A DNA stretch of 64,000 bases. Source: Chlorokybus atmophyticus (Eukaryota > Plantae > Mesostigma and Chlorokybus algae). A model generated the notes under the pieces. That model saw nothing but the letters and a program-made list of their open reading frames with translations. It did not search any database and had not been told where the DNA came from. The position numbers and the translations under genes are program-made. Location of the stretch: NCBI GenBank assembly GCA_009103225.1, contig RHPI01003728.1, forward strand, positions 131,719 through 195,718. Direction: 5' to 3'. Shown piece by piece: positions 25,150-35,536 of the stretch. Each line of letters opens with the position of its first letter. Positions within the stretch are counted from its first letter, which is position 1.

Positions 25150-25698
25150 CTAGGTCGACCCCCCTTGACAATCGCGCTCGCGATCCCGGAGGCTGTTGCC
25201 AATCAATCCGACGTGATGATTCAACCTGAATTAGTTCTAGCCGAAATTCGCCCTGAGCATCATCTCGTGCGTGACCGAATTCGGGAAAGCCAGCTGAGCG
25301 ACCGTAGACGTCAACGGTGTGTCAAACCGACGGGACAGTTCTCGTGCTAAACGCGCAGGCGCACGTGCGTGTTGCTGACCAACGACACAGCGTCGCTCCA
25401 GCCGCTAATGACCGACACGACGCAAGCACCCTTTTGCTTGGCGTCAATGGCTGGCGTTAACCCCTCTTTAGTGCAGCCGGAGTCACTGAGGACCCGCATA
25501 GTCGCTCTTACGCACGCGGCCGAAGCGCCTATGCGCGGCGTTTATGGGCAGCAAACATACGGAATTGATGCCAGTAGCAGTTATCGCGTGAGCCGCCGTT
25601 TGAGCCACGCAACAGCTCATCTTGACACCCCTCAGGTAGATGGTCCCGGGGGGGGGGGGGGGGGGGGGNNNNNNNNNNNNNNNNNNNNNNNNNNNNNN

Positions 25699-25751
<53 letters not shown>

Positions 25752-25860
25752 ACGACGACAGCTCGTTCACCAGATCGTCGAGGCTCTGGAGGTCCAAGTC
25801 CCTGACGCAACTACTGACGAGCTCCCCCGTCTTGGCCATCGTGGCAATGGTGCTCGCCAT
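25150..25860 (-). pseudogene. kdsD: SIS-domain sugar-phosphate isomerase, arabinose-5-phosphate isomerase (KdsD/KpsF/SETH3)-like, no CBS domains seen; frameshifted
   Basis: Joined frames: GTIYLRGVKMSCCVAQTAAHAITATGINSVCLLPINAAH..FGRVRKSD / VLSDSGCTKE..AIDAKQKGACVVSVI...HENCPVGL / PLTSTVAQLAF..MMLRANFG*N*FRLNHHVGLIGNSL. Tracks KdsD motifs G.GKS, HP.EA.HGD.G, S.SG.T.E, E.CP..LAP.TST, NHP.G.IG. Confidence 0.72.
25669..25698. other. Assembly gap (N) inside a poly-G tract
   Basis: 30 N between G-runs at 25648-25668 and 25699-25749. Confidence 0.99.
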
Positions 25861-26399
25861 CGTGCGTATCACACCACGACACTTCAACGCGAGGCGGTGG
25901 ACGCGTTGTCCTTGCCTCCAAATTGGAAACGAAAATCTAGGACCTCCATTCCGTCGCACGCCATGCGAACATGTTTAATTAACCATTCAAGCCCGAGCAT
26001 TGGACGAAGCGCGGCGTTCTCAGATCGACGAGCGGCCCCGAAAGCCAACGACATCACCTACATGGCAAGCGCTTCAATGTAGACGCAGACCGGCGGCATG
26101 AGCGCCATCGATCTCGTAGCAAGTGACCCGAGCGTCTCTCATTGGTAGAAATTGTACCTCTAAGAGGTTTGGTGGGAGCATATGTTGTTAAGGAGGCCAA
26201 TACGGCGGGGCTCTTGGTCATGTACTTCGATCAGGACGGGATGAAGCGCAAGTATGGTGCAAAAGAACGTTTGCGCGCGGTGAGGGACGCATCTCTCTCG
26301 GACAGCCCCCTTGCGCGCCGGGGTGGTGGGTCGGCTGCACGAGATGCGGTTTACGAAGGTGGCTAGGTCCATCCCGCCCCCGCCATAGGAAGAGTGCCC

Positions 26400-27150
26400 T
26401 GCTCTAGCCCTTCCCGTCCACCTGCTGCAGGTCGACGGGGAGGGCTTTGCAAGATGCTGAAGGCCAAGGATGTGGGCAGGTTCGCATGCGTGTCCAGGGA
26501 TGCCATGGAGGCGGCGTCGGCAATTAGAGTCGACGCGCCGCAAGTAGCTATTGTGCACTGGCTGTGCGCGTCATGTATCTGACACGCGTGCCCAGCAGAA
26601 AGCACCAGACCTGCTACCCAAGCGCGTCAGGACGCTTGCCAACTTGCAGCACCTCCGTGACGAGACGATGTTGGTCTGCCGCACCACGATGACGCGCATA
26701 AGGCGCGGTTCGGGCCCAAATGCCGTGCTGAAGCCCAGGCTGCCCGCTGAGCTGCGGACCTTCCACATTTGTTTTTATCCAAGCATTCCAAGGGGCCTCA
26801 GGCAGGCCTTAGAACAGGCGTCATCGCTGCGCCACCTCACAGTGCACGCGTTGAAACTGCCAGACCCGGCCCGCGTACCCATGCTCACCATCATCGGCGT
26901 CGACTGGGGATCCTACCTGAGATTGTTCCTGGTGATGGCCGCTCCAACCCTGCGCCGGCTCAACATCTCCATCGCCCAGAGGGCATGCCACTGGTACTCG
27001 TGGGACTTCGGGTCCAGGGAGGGAGGTCTCAGAGGGGTTGAGCGAGTGCAGGGCCATGGCTCCGGATGTGGCGGATGTCGAGCGCACGTTCTGGCACTGA
27101 CGAAGCTGATGGCGAGCAGAGACCCACTTGGTGTACTGCCTGGCGTATAA
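26400..27150 (+). pseudogene. F-box plus LRR/RNI-like protein remnant, intronless, frameshifted
   Basis: LALPVHLLQV / KMLKAKDVGRFACVSR (F-box-like); downstream LxxLxL units (LANLQHL, SLRHLTV, TLRRLNISI). Confidence 0.5.
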
Positions 27151-27917
27151 CACCGGTAGAAATGGGTTTCGGCAATCCTAGTTGGATCCGCAACTTTGTA
27201 ATCGATGAAGCCGAACATTATTTGCGGTTTTCGCAAATTTTATGGCGGATCCGCATATATGTTGTAGCTGCAGCAGGGACTTTATGCGACCTATCACAAA
27301 CGGCAATCCGCCGTTGACGATCATAAGTATCGGATCCTCAACAACGTTGAGGATTCGGTGTTTATGTCACTAAGGGTTCGGGCCGTGAGAAAGACTTGTG
27401 TAAGTCGCAATTACAGTTGTGACCAATTTATCAACAATGCGTCTTTGGTCCCAAACGCAATTGAGGACTCGACGATAACATTGGATTGCATTCAGGTTGC
27501 ATGCTAAAGCTGTACACATCATCATTGAATTTGTGACCGGTTCCATCGACGATACGACACTTCAAACTTAACAAACTCGGAACGCTAGGATCAATCCTTC
27601 CATTATTATAAACCATAATAACTTTGCGACCTCATCATTGCCAAATTGCCGGTTCAACCCCGCGGCCTGCTAGTCGCGGGGCAAGCAAGTAGAAGGCTGC
27701 GACTTGCATGTATAATCATTGGTAAACCGTGGTAGCACATGAGGTAAACATGTAAAGACTTGACCCCAACTCTGCAAACAACCTTGCGCCAGCAGGTGAC
27801 GCAGGGCGCATAATGCAAACATCTGCTGGTAATTTCGCGCTGTGATTGGACGGAACGGCAAGTCGAACAAGGTCTCTCTCCCCAAGTCACCTTTATGTTG
27901 GTAAATTCTACTGTCAC

Positions 27918-28084
27918 CTTTTTCTTTTTGATACGTGGTACATATATATAAATACCGCGGTATATATACACATGTATATCAATATATATATATGTATATA
28001 TATACATATACATATATATTTGTATATATACATATATATATATATGTATATGTACATGTATATGTATATATATATACATGTACC
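27918..28084. repeat. (TA)-rich compound microsatellite
   Basis: Imperfect TATA/TACA/TATG array. Confidence 0.95.
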
Positions 28085-28689
28085 GGTAGTGCCGTTGTGT
28101 GCAGCTGTTGGTGCATGCGTGATGCATGCATTGCGGCACGTGAGACAATTAAGGCAGCCGCTGTAAAGGTTATAATATGTGCAAACGCGTTGCCGAGTGT
28201 CTTGTGTTGTTGCAGTCTAGCTGGTCAATGTTTGGGTCGTATGCTGTTGCTTGCTAACCCAACAGGTTCTCCCGCGCAGATTTAAAACTTGGCGATGAAG
28301 ACACGAAAATCCTTGTCATGTGGCTCTTTTAGTATTTCGCTGCGAGCTGCGGCCATAACATTTCTGGTTAGCTTACGCATTAAGATTAATCCCCTTCATA
28401 CATGATCTAACCAACTTAGTTCAAGACGTGGCCATCATTGATTTCAAGAAAAAAGCCGGATACCGAACTTAATGCACACCAGATAGTTGACCTTAATGGC
28501 AGCTCGATACCAAACAAAGTTGTGGCTGCAGCAGCAAAAAGTGCAACTGGATATGTTGCTTGCATATGGATCCCTAATTAAGTTATAGCTGGATCTTCAT
28601 TTAAATTGTGGGCAAGGCCGAAGCGTTGGGGGGCATATCTACCGGTGATAAGATAGAATGAGGAGTGTGAGATCCATCGATCAGAAGAA

Positions 28690-30730
28690 CCCGACGGGAG
28701 GCAGCCGCGCGATACAGACGGCCTACATTAAGTAGGTAGGCAAGTTGCTATCGGTGCGTCTAATGCACAACCCCGACTTTTGCGCGAGGTACAAACGGCT
28801 GCCCCGTGATCAACGGCCGTTTCCTCAACATGCCCGCACGGCGCTGGCGGACAAGGTGTCTCAGAGCGGAGTGCTTAGCAGAGTTGTATAGCGCTGACTG
28901 GTGTAGGTCGATAAAGATGCTAAATGTGCTGTTTGTACCTACGAGCAAATGGGGTAATCTCCAATATTAAGGAGCAGCGTCTGTCCAGCAACGCGTATGG
29001 CGACAAGATGTTCCGTGTCATCAATCCGCCCGGCGTGGTTGTACTGGACCTCCTAAAGGTTATGAAGCGCGACGACAGAATGGCGTCGTACAAGGTCAAT
29101 CTTGTGGCCGAGCACTTTCTCGGGGAGCGCAAGCAAAATTTGCCCTCGCAGCAGATTTTCGCCAAGTTTAGTTTCAGATCGCCGGACGACTTGGCGGACA
29201 TCGCAAGGTACGCGGTGCACGACGTGCTGCTGCCGTTCAGGCTGGTCCACCGCCTCACGTCCATGCCCGACATAATGAAACTCGCCAGCGTGTGCCACGT
29301 GCCCCTCCCGTGGCTCATCCCGAGCAGCTAGTAGTGCTGGGTGCTCAGCTCGATCGCGCAGGTGGCTCATATGAGGGGGTTTATCACGGATGACTAAATA
29401 ATAGCGCCACAATGGGCGCAAAACACACTTCGTGCTTTTGTGGCCTAGTGGTTTGTTACATTGGTCATCGGAGCTTGAGATCCAAAATGTCCTGAAGTCG
29501 AAACCGCCTGGCGGCAGATCAAGACGGATTTTTGCGGTCGTTGTTCAATCCAAGGGGTCGCGCGCGCCTGGTTAGGGCAGAAACGCGCGACTTGCCGGAT
29601 GGCAGTCGGTCATTCCGACGCGTTGCGCTTGATACCACACGACTTTGCCTGACGGCGACTGACAGTCGGTCCCATTTGCGCAATGCGCGCTGCGACTGCG
29701 ACTGCTTAGTGATGATTGCAAAATCGCTTCCATTGCTCAGTGACGAGATGTCATGTGAAAACTCACATTTAATGAGAAAATTAAACACCTAAGTGGGGGA
29801 GAATGTCACGGACGACTAAATAATAACGCCACAATGGCGGCAAAACACACTTCGTGCTTTTGTGGCCTAGTGGTTTGTTACAGGGTTTGTCGTGCCAGTC
29901 GCCTACATGTCGTCCGCTTGTGGCGACGGCAACTTGAAGTTTGTGCGCGCCACCGTCCTTAACCCCATTTCGGGCGCTTACCTCGACCCCACCATGGTCT
30001 TGGACTTTGCGTCGCTGTACCCCAGCATCATGCGCACCCACAACCTGGACCATACCACTCCTGTCATGGACCCGAGGGAGCTGGAGGCGGACTCTTTGGT
30101 TAAGGTGTACACGTGCAACTGTACGGATGTGTCCGGGGAGTACGAGTACAAGTTCGTACAGAACAGGGGGACAAGCCTGCTGCCCAAACCGCTGGAAGAG
30201 CTCACCAAGTTGCGCAAGGCTACGAAGAGGGTGATGCAAGAGGCGGTGGACCGGGGGGATACGTTCGTGGAGAAGCTGCACAACGCAGCGCAGCTCTCCC
30301 AGAAGGTGGCTTCCAACTCAACGTACGTTTTCTGCAAATTGGCTAAGAGCCGAGTTATGCTGCAGTGCAAGCCCTTAGCCATAACAGTGACGACGACCGG
30401 GAGGCAGACAAATCGCTTGGTCGAAAAACACCACTCGGCAACATCGTCTTTGTCAACTGCCTCAGCGTCGCCGAGGCGCGCGACCTAACGATGCGTCTGG
30501 CGGAGACGACGACACGTGAGCTATTCAAGGCGCCTATCAGTCTGGAGATGGAGAACGTATTTTGCCCAATGTTGCTTTTTTGTAAAAAGCGGTACGCTGG
30601 CAAGATATATGTGTCACCCGACAAGCCCTCGAAAGTAAGCGTCATGGGTCTGCAGCTGGTGAGGCGAGACTCGTGCGACTTTGTGTGAAAAACTCAGAAG
30701 CGAGTGCTGGACATGTTGTTTAACACGTTG
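28690..30730 (+). pseudogene. polB: Family-B DNA polymerase, NCLDV-like; split by a TRIM, with stops/frameshifts and the YGDTDS motif lost
   Basis: Exonuclease part LSSNAYGD..PGVVVLDL..SYKVNLVAEHFLGERK..IARYAVHDVLLP; motif A LDFASLYPSIMRTHNL; motif B QLSQKVASNSTY; LEMENVFCPMLLFCKKRYAG; GLQLVRRD. No introns. Confidence 0.93.
29382..29882 (+). mobile_element. TRIM-1: miniature LTR retrotransposon, 501 bp, 79-bp LTRs (29382-29460, 29804-29882)
   Basis: 3' LTR TGTCAC...GTTACA (5' copy begins TATCAC); PBS-like TGGTCATCGGAGC (tRNA-iMet type); PPT GTGGGGGAGAA; perfect 5-bp TSD GGGTT. Excision restores polB (MRGF-VVPVAY). Confidence 0.92.
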
Positions 30731-30741
30731 CGAGCGCGACC

Positions 30742-32545
30742 GTGACCGTCGCGCTAGGCTCGACGACGGTGTCGAGCTCCAGAGCCAACTACACCGCGAC
30801 GCTCGTCCTGAATAGGAGCGACGCGGGCGTGTATGCCGGAGACAGCGGGCGGCCCCTGAGCTACATTATTCAGGTGAAAGACCCGGCCGGCAACACGACC
30901 TCACGACGTCCGCCAACACCTCAATCACGTTCCGGCGGTCCGCACCTACCTCCTCCATGATGGGTCTCACAAGCAACAACGCCATCAACACAGCGCTCAC
31001 AAACTCCGGACCACCCTGGCATTCACGGTGCCGGACACCGCCACGGGCAGCATATCTGTCAGGATCAGCGGACAGAGCGCCACCGTCACCAGCGTGAGCG
31101 GCATCCTGTTGCAGGCGCAGGTCGTGCTAAGCTCAGGGTCCACCGCTGACGGATCGCTGAGATACGTGATCAACGACACGGACCAAGCGGAAAACGTCGC
31201 CTCGCCGTTGACGGTCGGCACGAGCACAGGGCTGACCTGCGAATCTATTAACCCGACGCTTGGCTTCGAGCGTCACCGTGAACGGTGCGACCGGCAAGAC
31301 ATTCACCAAGATCGAGGACGTTGTGTCGATCACGTTTACCGTGTCCGACCCGAATGGCGCGTCCAAGACGCCCTCTCTGCGACAGGGCGGGGCGGGCGGC
31401 GGAGCTGGCGCTGTCGCTCTGAAGCGCGGCGGCACGATCACGTAATGTCACGAATTGGGATAAATTGTGACAGACCTCACTATGGTAGTGTCTTTTACTA
31501 CCATAGCCTAGTGGTCGGGCCCCAATTGTTACAATGGCATCGGAGCTTGACGTCTTAGGTTCAATTCCCGTAAGGGACTAAGGCAGATCCAAGGCAAAAA
31601 CAAAAACATTTGGGGCGGCTTGCCCTAGGCTGGGCGCGGGATCACGACCTGCGCGCCGAGCCAATTCAACCTAAGGCCGCGTAAGCGGTCGCGCTGCGAT
31701 GGTAGGTCGCGCGGTGAGGATGGCCGTTCGGTCGGTCAGGACCGTTTGTGGCCCAGATCCAACAGGCCGCAGGCAGACCGATCGTGAGTACGGCCGCAAA
31801 CACGGCGACGTGGGCTAGTGCCTCATTGGATTATGAGGAACTCATGGGTTAAATTGGGGAGGAATGTAACGAATTGGGATAAATTGTGACAGACCTCACT
31901 CATGGTAGTGTCTTTTACTATCATAGCCTAGTAGTTGGGCCCCAATTGCTACACGTACGTCACCATCGTCGGCGGCGATGGACGAGGAGGGATATCGTCG
32001 ATTTCGTTTGGCGAAACACGGCACTGAGGGGGCGGTGGGGGCATCAGCGGCCAGACTGAAGAGGGTGCCGGAGCAGGCTATGGTGCCGCCGCTCGGATGA
32101 GAGGAGCGATCGGCCCGGTAGGGATCAGCAACATGTGCAGCGCTGGTTTGGCCGGTTTTAACTCAATCGACTACTCGACCCTTGAGATTGGCGTTGGAGT
32201 CAACGGCTCAACGGCACCGGCGACGCAGTCCGCGGGTGGCACAGGCTACGCGCCGGAAAGCGAGGGAGGATACAGCGCGAGCGACATACACCGCGAGCGA
32301 CACCGGAGGCGCTCGCGGTTAATGACGGATACGCGAGAGGAGGCGGAGGTGGCAACGACGCGGGCTCCGTGTCCGGCGGCGGAGGGAGCTCGTATCTGAA
32401 CGGCACTTACGTCACAAATCAGAGCGACGCGACGGATGTTCACGACTCGTCTGCGGGGGGGGATGTTCCCCGGGTATAACGCGTCGTTACGGAGGGCCCA
32501 GCTAGTCGGGCGACGTCATCTTGATCACGCCCATTTACTATGCTA
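30742..32545 (+). pseudogene. Ig-like repeat protein, copy B, joined to a Gly-rich (GGGG..GGSSY) domain; frameshifted and split by TRIM-2
   Basis: LSYIIQVKDPAGNTT..SITFRRSAPT; ISGQSATVTSVSG..LRYVINDTDQAENVASPLTVGTSTGLT; KIEDVVSITFTVSD; then GAGGGAGAV..GTIT/YVTIVGGDG..GGGGGNDAGSVSGGGGSSYL..GDVILITP. Confidence 0.7.
31446..31953 (+). mobile_element. TRIM-2: miniature LTR retrotransposon, 508 bp, 88/89-bp LTRs (31446-31533, 31865-31953)
   Basis: LTRs TGT..ACA; PBS TGGCATCGGAGC; PPT TGGGGAGGAA; TSD CGTAA/CGTAC (4/5). Excision restores GTIT-YVTIV. Confidence 0.92.
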
Positions 32546-32926
32546 TGTACCATGTATTGTGTGCCACCATCCACGCAAACGTTCTGGAGGCTGTTGGGAT
32601 TGTCGTCGCTCTTTGCGAATTTTTGTGCCATCTCGTGCGGGGCGTCCCAAAGCAAGCGCCGGCCACAGAGGCATCGCGACTGACTTGCCATTAGCGACAA
32701 TGGTGATGCCCGAATGACAATTAATTTGACGGAAGCGCTGACTCGGCGCTCGTAACTCATCGCAACGATCGGACCAAATTATAGCAGCTGATTGCCGCGG
32801 ACAAGCACATCAGGATCGTAAAAACATACGTGTCCCATTGGCCGCGATGAAAAAACGACGCAGCCGCTGCCAGCGGAAGATCAGCGCTCTGGGTTTAATT
32901 TTGGTATGTTACGTTGCCAAGCGTAA

Positions 32927-33250
32927 AATGGCCGAGCAGTAGCACAAGCGCTAGATTTTCCACGCGCTCAAGAGCAGCACAGACAAGACTCTGGTGATGG
33001 AAACGCCAGGCAATGGTAAAAGCTACTACGACGAAGCGCGTCGCCGCTCATAAGTTCGCGCGGTGGTACCTGAACGGGCACATACCTGGCAAGAGCAGGT
33101 GCCGGTCAAAGCCGGTATGCGACTTTGCACTCTGGCTGTTCGACGCACTGATATGGTACAAGCACGGCGAGTTGGCGCTGGCGCGAGACGCTACCACCCG
33201 AGCGGCCGAATGTCGCGTATTGTCCATGATTTTCATGGGCGCAATAGGCT
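32927..33250 (+). pseudogene. P-loop NTPase remnant (Crinkler/RHS-associated type or viral)
   Basis: IFHALKSSTDKTLVM(E)TPGNGKSYY degenerate Walker A; LWLFD hydrophobic-Asp segment in another frame; in-frame TAG stops. Confidence 0.35.
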
Positions 33251-33408
33251 AACCCTACGCTCCTTCTGTCCAGCAATATACGTCAATTCATCGATTGCAG
33301 ACGTGCGGTGCAGCTAAAAACGACGGTTCTGAGATCCGGCTTGTGCATCCACGTCTCAAAATGTATCCCCTGCCGACCAATTAAATACTGGTAACGGCCG
33401 TGCACCTA

Positions 33409-35419
33409 CACACCGATTGACGTCAAAGGACCATAAATGGTCCGTACCCTCGAACCGGGATTTTCCCCTGCTAAGTGAATTCCGTGGACCATGTCTGGTC
33501 GGACTGTCATTGACAGTCCGACCATGCATGGTCGGAAACTCACGTGAACGGTCCCATGTTTTTTTGGGGTTGCACTGTCTGGTCCGGCCTGTTTATGGTC
33601 GCGTCAGGACCAGGTACGAGCCAGTCAGCGGACCAGGGACTTAACAAAAACATTTAGTTTAACAATCATTACTGGTCCGGCCAGCGGACCATTGACCGCA
33701 ATATTTATTCATAAGCATCAGATGTAATGCAACTGACGGAAAAGTGCTCTTGAGCCGGCAGCACCGGCCACGCCCGACCTGCGGGGCCGCAGGCTGCAGC
33801 GCACGAGGCCGCGGCGTCTGAGAAATGATTAGTGAAGAACGCATGCATCCACCGAGAGTCGCACCCAAGACCTTTGGCATACAAACACGACACCCTAACC
33901 ACTAAGCTACATGTGCACGTACCGGCAGGGACGGTGCAGTACTTGCATAATAGGCTGTATCGACGGCCGCTTGGCGACTGTCGGCGGCGGAGATTGCACA
34001 GGAAGTCGGCGTTGTGAATTGACAGGCCCATAGGCAGTGCATGCACTATCAGTGTGCATAGGCTGTACCAGTATTAATCCACGGTATCACGTTAGTTTAC
34101 GTCATTATTGATGACACAGGCAGCCGCAACTCGGCGGCTGCCAAGGTGTGTAAACTACAATGCTTTGTTGGGGGCTGCTCATGAGTATGTAACCTTGTTT
34201 GGGGTTGTCAATATTCTGCTTGCGTGCGCATACACACACCTACATATGTAAACATTCGTATATGTATACATATACACGTTTACATGATATAAACACGAAA
34301 CGACGAGCATTGCGGCACCAATGTAGGTATCTACTGGCTGATTGGACAATATTTGGTCGGGACTGTCAATCATTCTGCGGTCTCATTAGAGCCAAAAAAT
34401 AGTGATGTGATTTATGTATACTTCTTATACGTCTGTTTATATGAGACATACCTTGTACACGGCTCACCCGATGATACGGCTGCTATAGCCATTTATAATG
34501 CGTATAAAATTTGGATCCATTCGTGCACACGCTAACATTCATATATATGCATTATATATATATTTAATGTTCATATATACGTAGTTACTTAGATAAACGC
34601 ATAGAACATGTTAATGGTGCATGTTCACAGATTTGCAAGTACACGTACGGTACTATGAAGTATGTTACAGTCTAACCTTGATAAGTGCATATTTGATAAG
34701 TGCATATCCGCGATAAGTGCATGGTTTTGCCCGACACCAATGCACTCTACTGGTGGTATAAGACAGCGTAAGTGCATATCCGCGATAAGTGCATAGAAAG
34801 AGGTGTTCCCGATGGTATGCACTTATCAAGGTTAGACTGTATTTGCATAGACAGCCCCTTACAGCTTAGTTGACAGCCGGCCGGCTGTCAATCAGACGCC
34901 GACCAGTTGCGGCTATCCACTTGCGGCTGTTAACGGTGTATAGCCGACAGTCGGTGCGGCTGTCGGCTATACACGCCGTTAATTAACACGTTAAGTGCAC
35001 TTGTGCAATCAGGCAGTTAGGCAATCTATTGTACCTTACGTAGGTTGCTGCTACCTACTCATGATAGCGGCAGGGCCGCGGTCACTAATCCGTGCTGCAC
35101 CGTACATAGTGCGGCGCGGACCGTGCGGCACCATGTACGGTGCATGCTAATAGGGCCACAGGACTGCGGGACCGCACCTGGTCGGCATTCAAGGACCAGC
35201 GTACAGTACTGGTTCGTGCCGCACCATGGATGGTGCGGCACGGATCATGCGTGGTGCGCGTCGCCGCGCCAGCTATTCACGGGCCGCGGGGCCCCGAACG
35301 GACCAGGAACGGTCCGTCCCTCGCGGACCAGGCAGTCCTGGCCCGCGGGGTACGGACTATGCATGGTCCGCGGGGTCCGTGAAAGGACCATGCATGGTTC
35401 TTCAACGTCAAGCCGTGTG
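33409..35419. mobile_element. Non-autonomous CACTA/EnSpm-like DNA transposon (~2.0 kb) with nested inserts
   Basis: Imperfect TIR CACACCGATTGACGTCAAAGGACCAT vs reverse complement CACACGGCTTGACGTTGAAGAACCAT; 3-bp TSD CTA; many subterminal GGACC/GGTCC repeats. Confidence 0.72.
34668..34839. mobile_element. Tc1/mariner(pogo)-type MITE, 172 bp
   Basis: Perfect 24-bp TIR CAGTCTAACCTTGATAAGTGCATA, TA TSD, internal GATAAGTGCAT repeats. Confidence 0.92.
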
Positions 35420-35536
35420 CTAAGGATACTCATTTGGACTGTCATGGCTTAGTCCACCTGTAATCTCGATACAAAAACCTGAGTATAACGGCCGTCCCCG
35501 GCCGTTTACACAAAGGGACTGACCTAGACGGACAAG

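Larger units (their letters stand above)
22950..33330. mobile_element. Degraded endogenous viral element, probably Nucleocytoviricota (giant virus); boundaries approximate
   Basis: Intronless, frameshifted/stop-ridden ORF relics: PolB, Ig-like repeat proteins, Gly-rich domain, SIS isomerase, F-box, P-loop. Sharp contrast with flanking spliced host genes. Confidence 0.78.

Noticed and set aside
25870-26110. Possible CMP-Kdo synthetase (KdsB) C-terminal remnant upstream of kdsD on the - strand (..VYIEAL..SENAALRPML..IKHVRMACDGMEV)
   Set aside because: Similarity is too weak and needs frameshifts. An HHpred hit to KdsB would revive it and strengthen the viral Kdo-cluster idea.
27654-28285. Tyr/Ile-rich ORFs
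   Set aside because: Artefacts of the (TA)n microsatellite
28690-30730. Host DNA polymerase delta gene
   Set aside because: No introns in an intron-rich genome, catalytic motif lost, virus-like signature residues and viral-type neighbours
31495-31575. tRNA gene
   Set aside because: A- and B-box-like motifs are present, but no acceptor stem or cloverleaf can be folded, and the segment spans an LTR/PBS junction
29391-31953. Direct repeats as a CRISPR array or as viral terminal repeats
   Set aside because: They come in pairs with PBS, PPT and TSD, which identifies them as LTRs
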